Source: a virus (Duplodnaviria > Heunggongvirae > Uroviricota > Caudoviricetes). Taken from it: a stretch of 12,302 bases of DNA. The translations under genes were made by a program, and so were the position numbers. The stretch lies in the IMG/VR virus record IMGVR_UViG_2529293038_000015; one strand, 5' to 3'. This document shows positions 1 to 12,302 of this stretch, in pieces. The notes beneath the pieces are model-generated. The model saw only the letters and a list, made by a program, of their open reading frames with translations. It was not told the DNA's origin and ran no database searches. Position 1 is the stretch's first letter, and each line of letters starts with the position of its first letter.

Positions 1-360
1 GGAAAAATGACGGCCAGGATCCGCGTCAACCGGGGCAATCTGCCCGCCATTAAGCTGGGGACAGCCCGGGTCAGACTGGCCCGGCGTGGTGGAAAACTGC
101 AGTACCGTGGCAGTGTGCTGAAGGTGGGTAAATATCTTTTCCGGGATGCGTTTATTCAGCAACTGGCGAATGGTCGCTGGCATGTGATGCGGCGTATTGA
201 TGGCAAAAATCGTTACCCCATTGATGTGGTGAAAATCCCGTTGTCCGGACCGCTGACACAGGCATTTGAAGATGCCCGCGACCGCATCATTGCTGCGGAA
301 ATGCCGAAACAGTTGGGTTATGCACTGAAACAACAACTGAGGTTATGGCTGACCCGATGA
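1..360 (+). CDS. Z: Minor tail / tail completion protein Z, C-terminal part; 5' end lies upstream of the window
   Basis: Frame open from base 1 to TGA at 358-360. Translation (..RIRVNRGNLPAIKLGTARV..NGRWHVMRRIDGKNRYPIDVVKIP..LGYALKQQLRLW) matches my recollection of the C-terminal ~120 aa of lambda gpZ. Stop overlaps the U start (ATGA). Confidence 0.85.
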   Translation, partial: GKMTARIRVNRGNLPAIKLGTARVRLARRGGKLQYRGSVLKVGKYLFRDAFIQQLANGRWHVMRRIDGKNRYPIDVVKIPLSGPLTQAFEDARDRIIAAEMPKQLGYALKQQLRLWLTR

Positions 361-758
361 ACCGACATACACAAATCCGCCAGGTCGTACTGGCACGCCT
401 TCGGGAACAGTGTGGAGACAGCGCCACGTTTTTTGACGGGCTTCCGGCATTTGTTGATGCGCAGGAACTGCCTGCCGTGTCGGTGTGGCTGAGTGATGCT
501 CAGTACACCGGAAAAATGACGGATGAAGATGACTGGCAGGCTGTTCTGCATATTGCTGTCTTCATCCGGGCACAAGCACCGGATTCAGAGCTGGATATGT
601 GGATGGAGAGCACCATTTTCCCGGCCCTGAATGATGTACCGGCACTTTCCGGACTCATCGACACCCTGATCCCACTCGGTTTTAACTATCAACGTGATAA
701 TGAGATGGCCACCTGGGCGATGGCGGAAATCACGTACCAGATCACGTACACGAATTAA
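357..758 (+). CDS. U: Tail terminator protein U
   Basis: ATG 357 overlaps the Z stop; 133 aa; ..ATFFDG..ELPAVSVWLSDAQYTG..DSELDMWMES..ITYQITY aligns with lambda gpU (131 aa). ATG at 345 is an alternative start, but homology begins at 357. Confidence 0.9.
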   Translation: MNRHTQIRQVVLARLREQCGDSATFFDGLPAFVDAQELPAVSVWLSDAQYTGKMTDEDDWQAVLHIAVFIRAQAPDSELDMWMESTIFPALNDVPALSGLIDTLIPLGFNYQRDNEMATWAMAEITYQITYTN

Positions 759-768
759 GGAGGTGGTA

Positions 769-1512
769 ATGACCACACCAAATCCACTGGCAAAAACGAA
801 AGGTGCGGGAACGACGTTCTGGATGTATACCGGCAACGGCGACGCATTTGCGAACCCTTTGTCGGACACTGACTGGCTGCGTCTTGCGATGGTGAAGGAT
901 CTGCAACCTGGCGAAATGACCGCTGATGCAGAAGATGACACTTATCTCGATGATGAAGATGCAGACTGGAAAACGACAACCCAGGGGCAGAAATCCGTTG
1001 GTGATACTTCGGCGACGCTGGCCTGGCGTCCGGGTGACAGCGGGCAGAAAAAACTGGTTCAGTTGTTCGACTCCGGTGAAGTCTGCGCGTTTCGTATCAA
1101 ATATCCCAACGGCACTGTTGATGTTTTCCGTGGCTGGCTGAGCTCACTGGGTAAAACCATTGCCTCAAAAGACGTGATGACCCGCACAGTGAAAATCAGC
1201 GGTGTGGGGCGTCCGTATCTGGCAGAGGAGGGCACTGAAACTGTGGGCGTTACCGGGCTGACGGTGGCACCGGCATCTGCCAGTGTAAAAGTGGGAGCAA
1301 CCACCACGCTGACCTTTACAGTAAAACCTGACGGAGCCAGTGACAAAGCGATCAGTGTGCATTCGACAGATCCACAGACTGCCACGGTGACCCTGAACGG
1401 GCTTGTGGCCACGGTGAAAGGCGTGAAGCAGGGCAGTGTCAGCATTGTGGGCATGACTTCTGACGGCGATTTTGTGGCAGTGGCTGCGGTGGCTGTCAGC
1501 GCCGCAGGTTAA
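769..1512 (+). CDS. V: Major tail tube protein V with C-terminal Ig-like (Big_2-type) domain
   Basis: ATG 769 preceded by AAGGAGGTG (751-765); 247 aa; KGAGTT..ANPLSD..YLDDEDADW..GQKS.GDTS.TLAW..YPNGTVDVFRGW matches lambda gpV, though more diverged than the neighbouring genes. The ORF track's 694 start is an in-frame upstream extension overlapping U. Confidence 0.92.
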   Translation: MTTPNPLAKTKGAGTTFWMYTGNGDAFANPLSDTDWLRLAMVKDLQPGEMTADAEDDTYLDDEDADWKTTTQGQKSVGDTSATLAWRPGDSGQKKLVQLFDSGEVCAFRIKYPNGTVDVFRGWLSSLGKTIASKDVMTRTVKISGVGRPYLAEEGTETVGVTGLTVAPASASVKVGATTTLTFTVKPDGASDKAISVHSTDPQTATVTLNGLVATVKGVKQGSVSIVGMTSDGDFVAVAAVAVSAAG

Positions 1513-1532
1513 CAGGACGATACTCATCATTT

Positions 1533-1557
1533 GCCCCGGTTATCCGGGGCTTTTTTT
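1533..1557 (+). terminator. Intrinsic-terminator-like hairpin between V and G
   Basis: Perfect 7-bp GC-rich stem GCCCCGG (1533-1539) / CCGGGGC (1544-1550), 4-nt loop TTAT, followed by T7 (1551-1557); sits in the V-G intergenic gap. Confidence 0.55.
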
Positions 1558-1572
1558 CAGGTGGAGAACATG

Positions 1573-1959
1573 ATGTTTCTGAAACAGGGCACGTTTAATT
1601 ATGAAAAGCAGTCCGTGGTGCTCAGTGAGCTGTCCGGGCTGCAGAGAATTGAATATCTGGCGTTTGTTCAGCAGCGAACGGCAAAGTTTGATGCCGAAGA
1701 GGGAGAACTGCCGGAGGCTGAACGACAGATTGCTTTTCTGCGGATGGGGATGGATATCAATGCCTGGCTGGTTTCCCGCTCACAGTGGAATGCGGATCAG
1801 TCTAAGGATGTAGAGACGCTTTGCGCATCCGTTATTACAACATGGTCGTATGATGCCCTGGGTGCGGGGGCGGAGATGGTTCTGTCGCTGAGCGGTATGG
1901 GGACCATTGATAATGCCGGGGATGATGAGCATGAGGCGCTGACGCCGGAAAAGTCCTGA
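1573..1959 (+). CDS. G: Tail assembly chaperone G
   Basis: ATG 1573 (MFLK.., as in lambda gpG) with GGAG at 1564-1567; 128 aa; LSELSGLQRIEYLA motif; position immediately after V; ends TGA 1957-1959. Confidence 0.85.
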   Translation: MFLKQGTFNYEKQSVVLSELSGLQRIEYLAFVQQRTAKFDAEEGELPEAERQIAFLRMGMDINAWLVSRSQWNADQSKDVETLCASVITTWSYDALGAGAEMVLSLSGMGTIDNAGDDEHEALTPEKS

Positions 1960-2297
1960 CGCGGGAAATGCAGTTTGTCATGCGGCTTGCCCGGGAGTTC
2001 CGGCGGGCAGACTGGCGGCGGATGCTGTCGGAAATGTCGGCCACTGAGCTTGGTGAGTGGGGCGATTATTTCCGGATGCAGAGCTTCAGTGATGTGTGGA
2101 TGGATGCGCAGTTTGCCTCGCTGAAGGCATTGATCGTGAGAATGGTGTCCGGCAGCAGTGATGCTGCGGTGGCTGATTTCAGCCTTTTACCGGAAGAGAA
2201 CGGGATACCGGAGCGAACGGACGAAGAACTGATGCATCTTGGGGAAGGTATTTCCGGAGGTGTGCGTTATGGACCAGATAGCCAACCTGGTCATTGA
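1573..2297 (+). CDS. T: Tail assembly chaperone G-T fusion made by programmed -1 ribosomal frameshift near the 3' end of G
   Basis: The -1 frame is open from 1537 through 2297 with no independent RBS or start for T; a slippery-like heptamer G GAA AAG (1947-1953) lies 2 codons before the G stop. Arrangement is the conserved G/GT of lambdoid tail operons. T stop (2295-2297) overlaps the H start. Confidence 0.7.
1947..1953 (+). promoter_or_regulatory. Putative -1 frameshift slippery site for G-T (G_GAA_AAG)
   Basis: In the G frame GAA-AAG; in the -1 frame GGA-AAA. Lambda uses G_GGA_AAG; here the P-site codon is GAA rather than GGA while the A-site AAG to AAA slip is retained. Confidence 0.5.
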
Positions 2298-5200
2298 TTT
2301 GGGGATTGATGCGGCAGAGTTTAAAAATGAAATCCCCCGTATCAAAAACCTTCTGAATGGTGCAGCCAGCGATGCAGAACGGTCTTCTGCCCGTATGCAG
2401 CGTTTTATGGAGCGTCAGACTCAGGCCGCCCGGCAGACAACGCAGGCGGCTTCTTCGGCTGCAACAGCCGCATCCGTCCATGCGCAGACGGTGGAGAAGA
2501 ACGCACAGGCTCATGAACGCATGGCCCGCGAGGTGGAGAAAACCCGCCAGCGCATGGAGGCGCTGAGCCAGAAAATGCGCGAGGAACAGGCGCAGGCCAT
2601 GGCTCTGGCGGAGGCTCAGGATAAAGCGGCTGCTGCGTTTTATCGTCAGATTGACAGTGTGAAACAGGCCAGTGCGGGGCTGCAGGAATTACAGCGTATT
2701 CAGCAGCAGATCCGACAGGCCAGAAACAGTGGCGGGATTGGTCAGCAGGATTATCTGGCGCTGATTTCTGAGGTTACGGCGAAAACCCGTGTTCTTACAC
2801 AGGCTGAGGAAGAGGGTACCCGACAGAAAGTGGCGTTTATCCGTCAGCTTAAAGAGCAGGCAACCCGCCAGAATCTTTCATCTTCTGAGTTGCTTCGTGC
2901 TAAGGCTGCCCAGCTGGGGGTAAGCAGTGCTGCAGAAGTGTATATCCGCAAAATGGAGCAGGCAGGAAAAGCCACGCATTCGCTGGGTCTGAAAAGTGCA
3001 GCGGCCCGCCAGGAGATAGGCGTTCTGATAGGTGAACTGGCCCGCGGCAATTTAGGGGCGCTGAGGGGATCCGGGATAACGCTGGCTAACCGTGCCGGAT
3101 GGATAGACACACTGATGTCACCGAAAGGCATGATGCTGGGCGGGGTTATTGGCGGTATTGCCGCAGCTGTCTATGGTCTGGGTAAAGCCTGGTATGACGG
3201 TCAGAAGGAGGGGGAAGAATTTAACCGCCAGCTGTCGCTGACGGGGCATTATGCCGGAGTCACTGCCGGGCAGCTGTGGACGCTCAGTCGTGCTATTTCC
3301 GGGAATGGTATCACGCAACATGCTGCAGCCGGTGCGCTGGCTCAGGTGGTGGGGAGTGGTGCATTTCGTGGAAACGATATCGGTATGGTGGCGAGAGCTG
3401 CCGCACAGATGGAGCGATCGGTTGGCCAGTCGGTCAGCGATACCATAAGTCAGTTTAAGCGGCTGAAGGATGATCCTGTAAATGCCGCGAAGGCTCTGGA
3501 CAATGAGCTGCATTTTCTTACTGCCACTCAGCTTGAGCAGATACGCGTCCTTGGGGAACAGGGGCGTCCAGTGATGCGGCACGGATAGCCATGTCTGCAC
3601 TGGCAGAGGAAACCGGTCGGCGTACTGCGGATATTGATAATAACCTCAATGCGCTGGGCAGTACGCTGAAGTATCTGTCTGATTTATGGAGTCGTTTCTG
3701 GGATGCGGCCATGAATATTGGTCGTGAAGACTCGCTGGATGAACAGATTTCCGCTTTACAGGAGAAAGTGTCGCGGGCGAAAAGACTCCCCTGGACGGCA
3801 TCATCTTCTCAGGTTGAGTACGATCAGCAGCGTCTTAACGAGCTTCAGGAAAAAAAACGCCAGAAGGATTTGCAGGATGCAAAAGAGCAGGCAGAGCGGA
3901 ATTATCAGGAGCAACAGAAACGCCGTAATGCTGAAAATGCTGCACTGAACCGGATGAATGAAACGGAAGCAGCACGACATCAGCGTGAAATTGCGCGTAT
4001 TAATGCCATGCAGTACGCCGATCAGACTGTCAGGGATGCGGCGATACAACGTGAAAATGAACGTTACGAGAAAGCCCTGGCATCCGGTAAGAAAAAAACA
4101 CGCGAAACCCGTAATGATGAGGCCACCCGGTTATTGCTGCAGTACAGTCAGCAACAGGCACAGGTGGAAGGACAGATTGCTGCTGCCAGACAGTCAGCAG
4201 GCATTGCCACGGAAAGGATGACAGAAGCGCATAAACAGCTTCTGGCTCTGCAGCAGCGCATCAGCGACCTGGACGGGAAAAAACTGACGGCAGATGAAAA
4301 GAGTGTGCTGGCCCGTAAAGATGAACTGATTCAGGCACTGACGCTGCTGGATGTAAAACAGCAGGAGCTTCAGAAACAGACGGCACTCAACGAGCTGAAG
4401 AAAAAAACAATTCAGCTGACCAGTCAACTGGCTGAAGAAGAGCGTGCTCAGCGTCAACAACATAATCTGGATATCGCCACGGTGGGTATGGGTGATCAGC
4501 AGCGGCAGCGATATCAGGTACAACTGAGTCTTCGTCAGAAATACCAGCAACAGCTGGAGCAGTTGAGGCGGGATAGTGAGCAGAAAGGGACATATAACAC
4601 GGATGACTACAGAAAGGCCGAGCAGGCGCTGACGGAGAGCCTGAACCGACAACTGAATGAGAATCGCCGTTACTGGCAACAGCTTGAAATTGCTCAGGGT
4701 AACTGGAAAAACGGAGTCCTGCGTGCACTCCAGAATGTCACTGAGAATGCGGATAACACAGCCTGGACAGTGGAACAGTTGTTCACGTCTGCGTTCAGTA
4801 GCATGAGTGACTGGCTGGCGACATTCTGTACTACAGGCAAACTCAATTTCAAATCTTTTACTTCTTCTGTGCTGTCAGATATGTCCAGAATCATGGCTCA
4901 GATAGCTTTAATGAAAGCGGTAAAAGGCATTGCTTCCGCGCTGCCTTTTGATTTTGTAGCCAATGCTGATGGCGGTGTTTATCAGTCGGCTGATTTGAGT
5001 CGCTACAGTGGCACGGTGGTTAACCGTCCGACGTTTTTTGCTTTTGCAAAAGGCGCGGGTGTGATGGGGGAAGCGGGACCTGAAGCCATTCTGCCATTGC
5101 GTCGTGGTGCTGACGGTAAGCTGGGGGGTGTGGCGGATATTGGGGGTTCAGGTATGGCGATGTTTTCCCCGCAGTACAACATCGAGATCAATAACGATGG

Positions 5201-5324
5201 CACGAACGGGCAGATAGGTCCGGCTGCCCTGAAGGCGGTTTATGACCTCGGGAAAAAAGCGGCAGCGGACTTTATGCAACAGCAGGCCCGTGATGGTGGT
5301 CGGTTAAGTGGAGCATATCGGTAA
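2269..5324 (+). pseudogene. H: Tail tape measure protein H, split into two reading frames by a 1-nt frame disruption at about 3537-3588 (pseudogene or sequencing error)
   Basis: ATG 2269 (MDQIANLVIDLGIDAAEF.., cf. lambda H MAEPVGDLVVDLSLDAARF) with GGAGG at 2256-2260. The first frame stops at 3588; the second frame is open from 3537 and ends ..INNDGTNGQIGPAALKAVYD..ARDGG.. like the lambda H C-terminus. Both parts align collinearly to one tape measure protein; combined length ~1018 aa. ORF-track start 2239 is a TTG. Confidence 0.85.
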
Positions 5325-5653
5325 TGGAGACGTTTCACTGGAAAGTGCGCCCGGATATGAATGTGGTATCAGAGCCGAAAGTGGTGACAGTGAAGCTGGG
5401 CGATGGTTATGAACAGCGTCGTGCGGCGGGACTGAATAACCAGTTGTCGACTTACAGCGTGACGATACGTGTTCGTAAATGTGAACACCCATCTTTAAAA
5501 GCCTTTCTGGAACGGCACGGTGGCGTCCGCGCATTTCAGTGGACGCCACCTTATGACTGGAAACCGATTAGGGTGGTTTGTCGTAAATGGTCGGCAAGCG
5601 TGGGGGCGCTGTGGGTAACCATAACGGCAGATTTTGAACAGGTCGTGGCATAG
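5324..5653 (+). CDS. M: Tail tip assembly protein M
   Basis: ATG overlaps the H stop (TAATG at 5322-5326); 109 aa; METFHWKVRPDM..GDGYEQRR..TYSV..FLERHGG..F.WTPPYDWK..EFEQVV matches lambda gpM (109 aa). Confidence 0.92.
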   Translation: METFHWKVRPDMNVVSEPKVVTVKLGDGYEQRRAAGLNNQLSTYSVTIRVRKCEHPSLKAFLERHGGVRAFQWTPPYDWKPIRVVCRKWSASVGALWVTITADFEQVVA

Positions 5654-5662
5654 GAGGCTCTG

Positions 5663-6364
5663 ATGCAGGATATTCCACAGGAAACACATCATGAGACGAC
5701 ACGCCTCACTCAGTCAGCCCAGGTGGTGCTCTGGGAAATCGATCTGACAGAGGTCGGTGGTGAACGTTATTTTTTCTGTAATGAGCAGAACGAAAAAGGT
5801 GAGCCGGTTACCTGGCAGGGGCGGCAGTATCAGGCATACCCCATTCAGGGGACAGGATTTGAACTGAACGGCAAGGGCAGTGCTGCCCGTCCGACACTGA
5901 CGGTTTCTAACCTGCACGGCATGGTCACGGGGATGGCGGAAGACCTGCAGAGTCTGGTCGGCGGAACGGTGGTCAGGCGTAAGGTTTACGCCCGTTTTCT
6001 GGATGCGGTGAACTTCGTCAACGGAAACAGCGACGCCGATCCGGAGCAGGAGGTGGATCAGCCGCTGGCGCATCGAGCAGTGCAGCGAACTGAGTGCGGT
6101 CAGTGCCTCCTTTGTGTTGTCCACACCGACGGAAACGGATGGTGCTGTTTTTTCCGGGGGCGTATCATGCTGGCCAACACCTGCACCTGGACCTATCGCG
6201 GTGATGAGTGTGGTTATCACGGTCCGGCTGTCGCGGATGAATATGACCAGCCGACGTCCGATATCACGAAGGATAAATGCAGCAAATGCCTGAGCGGCTG
6301 TAAGTTTCGCAATAACGTCGGCAACTTTGGCGGCTTCCTTTCCATTAACAAACTTTCGCAGTAA
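5663..6364 (+). CDS. L: Tail tip assembly protein L
   Basis: ATG 5663 with AGGAGG at 5652-5657; 233 aa; N-terminal ~130 aa and C-terminal ~70 aa (..RIMLANTCTWTYRGDECGY..KCSKCLSGCKFRNNVGNFGGFLSINKLSQ) match lambda gpL (232 aa); the central segment differs (see findings). Confidence 0.9.
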   Translation: MQDIPQETHHETTRLTQSAQVVLWEIDLTEVGGERYFFCNEQNEKGEPVTWQGRQYQAYPIQGTGFELNGKGSAARPTLTVSNLHGMVTGMAEDLQSLVGGTVVRRKVYARFLDAVNFVNGNSDADPEQEVDQPLAHRAVQRTECGQCLLCVVHTDGNGWCCFFRGRIMLANTCTWTYRGDECGYHGPAVADEYDQPTSDITKDKCSKCLSGCKFRNNVGNFGGFLSINKLSQ

Positions 6365-6368
6365 TCCC

Positions 6369-7112
6369 ATGACACAGACAGAATCAGAGATTCTGGCGCA
6401 CGCCCGGCGATGTGCGCCAGCGGAGTCGTGCGGCTTCGTGGTGAGCACGCCGGAAGGGGAAAGATATTTTCCCTGCGTGAATATCTCCGGTGAGCCGGAG
6501 GCGTATTTCCGGATGTCGCCGGAGGACTGGCTGCGGGCAGAGATGCAGGGTGAGATTGTGGCGCTGGTCCACAGCCACCCCGGTGGTCTGCCCTGGCTGA
6601 GTGAGGCTGACAGGCGGCTGCAGGTGCAGAGCGATTTGCCTTGGTGGCTGGTCTGCCGGGGTGAGATTCATAAATTCCGCTGTGTGCCGCATCTTACCGG
6701 GCGGCGCTTTGAGCACGGGGTGACGGACTGTTACACGCTGTTCCGGGATGCTTATCATCTGGCGGGGATTGAGATGCCGGACTTTCATCGTGAGGATGAC
6801 TGGTGGTGTCACGGCCAGAATCTCTATCTGGATAATCTGGAGGCCACAGGGCTGTATCAGGTGCCGTTGTCAGCGGCGCAGCCGGGCGATGTGCTGCTGT
6901 GCTGTTTTGGTTCATCGGTGCCGAATCATGCCGCCATTTACTGCGGCGACGGTGAGCTGTTGCACCATATTCCTGAACAACTGAGCAAACGAGAGAGGTA
7001 TACCGACAAATGGCAGCGACGCACACACTCCCTCTGGCGTCACCGGGCATGGCACGCATCTGCCTTTACGGGGATTTACAACGATTTGGCCGCCGCATCG
7101 ACCTTCGTGTAA
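6369..7112 (+). CDS. K: Tail tip assembly protein K with N-terminal JAB/MPN (JAMM) and C-terminal NlpC/P60-like regions
   Basis: ATG 6369 (MTQTESEIL..); JAMM-type motif HSHPGG..SEAD at 6570-6610; Cys/His region (GVTDCYTLFRDAYH..NHAAIYCGDGELLHH). An alternative internal start at 6513 would give 199 aa. The 3' end overlaps I by 103 nt in a different frame. Confidence 0.85.
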   Translation: MTQTESEILAHARRCAPAESCGFVVSTPEGERYFPCVNISGEPEAYFRMSPEDWLRAEMQGEIVALVHSHPGGLPWLSEADRRLQVQSDLPWWLVCRGEIHKFRCVPHLTGRRFEHGVTDCYTLFRDAYHLAGIEMPDFHREDDWWCHGQNLYLDNLEATGLYQVPLSAAQPGDVLLCCFGSSVPNHAAIYCGDGELLHHIPEQLSKRERYTDKWQRRTHSLWRHRAWHASAFTGIYNDLAAASTFV

Positions 7113-7657
7113 AAACGGGGGCTGAAGCCATCCGGGCGTTGTCCACACAGCTCCCGGCGTTTCGTCAGAAACTGAATGACGGCTGGTATCAGGTGCGCAT
7201 TGCCGGGCGTGATGCAGGTGAAACCGAATTATCTGCCCGTCTTAATGAGCCGCTGGCAAATGGTGCCGTGATCCACATCGTGCCGCATCTGGCGGGAGCT
7301 AAAAGTGGCGGTGTGTTTCAGGTGGTGCTGGGTGCGGCGCTGATTGCGGTGGCATGGTGGAACCCTGTGGGCTGGCTGGGTGCCGCGGCTGTATCGGGCA
7401 TGTATGCGGCAGGGGCCAGTATGATCCTGGGTGGTGTGGCCCAGATGCTGGCACCGAAAGCCCGGACGCCCACAGCGACCAGCACGGATAACGGTAAGCA
7501 GAACACCTATTTCTCATCACTGGATAACATGGTTGCCCAGGGCAATGTTCTGCCTGTTCTGTACGGTGAAATGCGCGTGGGGTCTCGTGTGGTTTCTCAG
7601 GAGATCAGCACGGCAGATGAAGGGGACGGTGGTCAGGTTGTGGTGATTGGCCGCTGA
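7010..7657 (+). CDS. I: Tail tip assembly protein I
   Basis: 215 aa; MAATHTLPLASPGMARICLYGDLQRFGRRIDLRVKTGAEAIRAL.. and C-terminus ..DNGKQNTYFSSLDNMVAQGNVLPVLYGEMRVGSRVVSQEISTADEGDGGQVVVIGR are near-identical to lambda gpI as I recall it. Confidence 0.9.
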   Translation: MAATHTLPLASPGMARICLYGDLQRFGRRIDLRVKTGAEAIRALSTQLPAFRQKLNDGWYQVRIAGRDAGETELSARLNEPLANGAVIHIVPHLAGAKSGGVFQVVLGAALIAVAWWNPVGWLGAAAVSGMYAAGASMILGGVAQMLAPKARTPTATSTDNGKQNTYFSSLDNMVAQGNVLPVLYGEMRVGSRVVSQEISTADEGDGGQVVVIGR

Positions 7658-7675
7658 TGCAAAATATTTCATGTG

Positions 7676-7702
7676 AAACCGCCTCCGGGCGGTTTTGTCG
7701 TT
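7676..7702 (+). terminator. Hairpin with flanking A/T tracts in the I-J intergenic region (weak terminator candidate)
   Basis: 8-bp stem AAACCGCC (7676-7683) / GGCGGTTT (7688-7695), loop TCCG, followed by a T-rich stretch TGTCGTTT; located between the I stop (7657) and J start (7718). Confidence 0.35.
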
Positions 7703-7714
7703 TATGGAGCATGA

Positions 7715-12302
<4,588 letters not shown>

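Noticed and set aside
1059-1530. Minus-strand ORFs of 131 and 121 aa
   Set aside because: Antisense to the major tail gene V; no independent support.
2239-2268. Upstream TTG start for H suggested by the ORF track
   Set aside because: Homology to the lambda H N-terminus begins at the ATG at 2269, which has a GGAGG Shine-Dalgarno 8 nt upstream.
3591-4700. Gln/Glu/Arg-rich repetitive coding region, considered as a possible separate coiled-coil gene or repeat array
   Set aside because: It is the central alpha-helical part of the tape measure protein and is continuous in frame with the H C-terminus; no DNA-level tandem repeat periodicity was evident.
4194-4728. Minus-strand ORFs of 161 and 113 aa inside the tape measure gene
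   Set aside because: Antisense to the H coiled-coil region; Leu/Gln-rich translation is the mirror of the Gln/Leu-rich H sequence.
6327-6368. Upstream extension of K (ORF-track start 6327)
   Set aside because: Overlaps the 3' end of L; K homology (MTQTES..) starts at ATG 6369.
5714-6448. 244-aa ORF on the minus strand
   Set aside because: Antisense to L and the start of K, both well supported by lambda homology; shadow ORF.

Overview
This window is the tail morphogenesis module of a lambda-like (lambdoid) siphovirus prophage, all on the + strand in canonical lambda order: Z (5' partial) - U - V - G - G-T (-1 frameshift fusion) - H (tape measure) - M - L - K - I - J. Gene junctions show typical phage translational coupling (ATGA at Z/U, TAATG at H/M, out-of-frame overlaps at T/H and K/I). 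The host-specificity gene J is interrupted at codon ~846 by an IS4 insertion (10256-11680, transposase on the - strand, 18-bp imperfect terminal inverted repeats, 13-bp target-site duplication); the rest of J resumes after the element and runs off the window. Three genes carry 1-nt frame disruptions inside short G/C runs (tape measure H, the IS4 transposase, distal J), so this is either a decaying, defective prophage or a sequence with homopolymer indel errors. I find no evidence of a novel or undescribed system: every long ORF is explained by lambda tail homologs or IS4, and the long minus-strand ORFs are antisense shadows in GC-rich coding sequence. Homology calls rest on recalled lambda and IS4 protein sequences, not on a database search.
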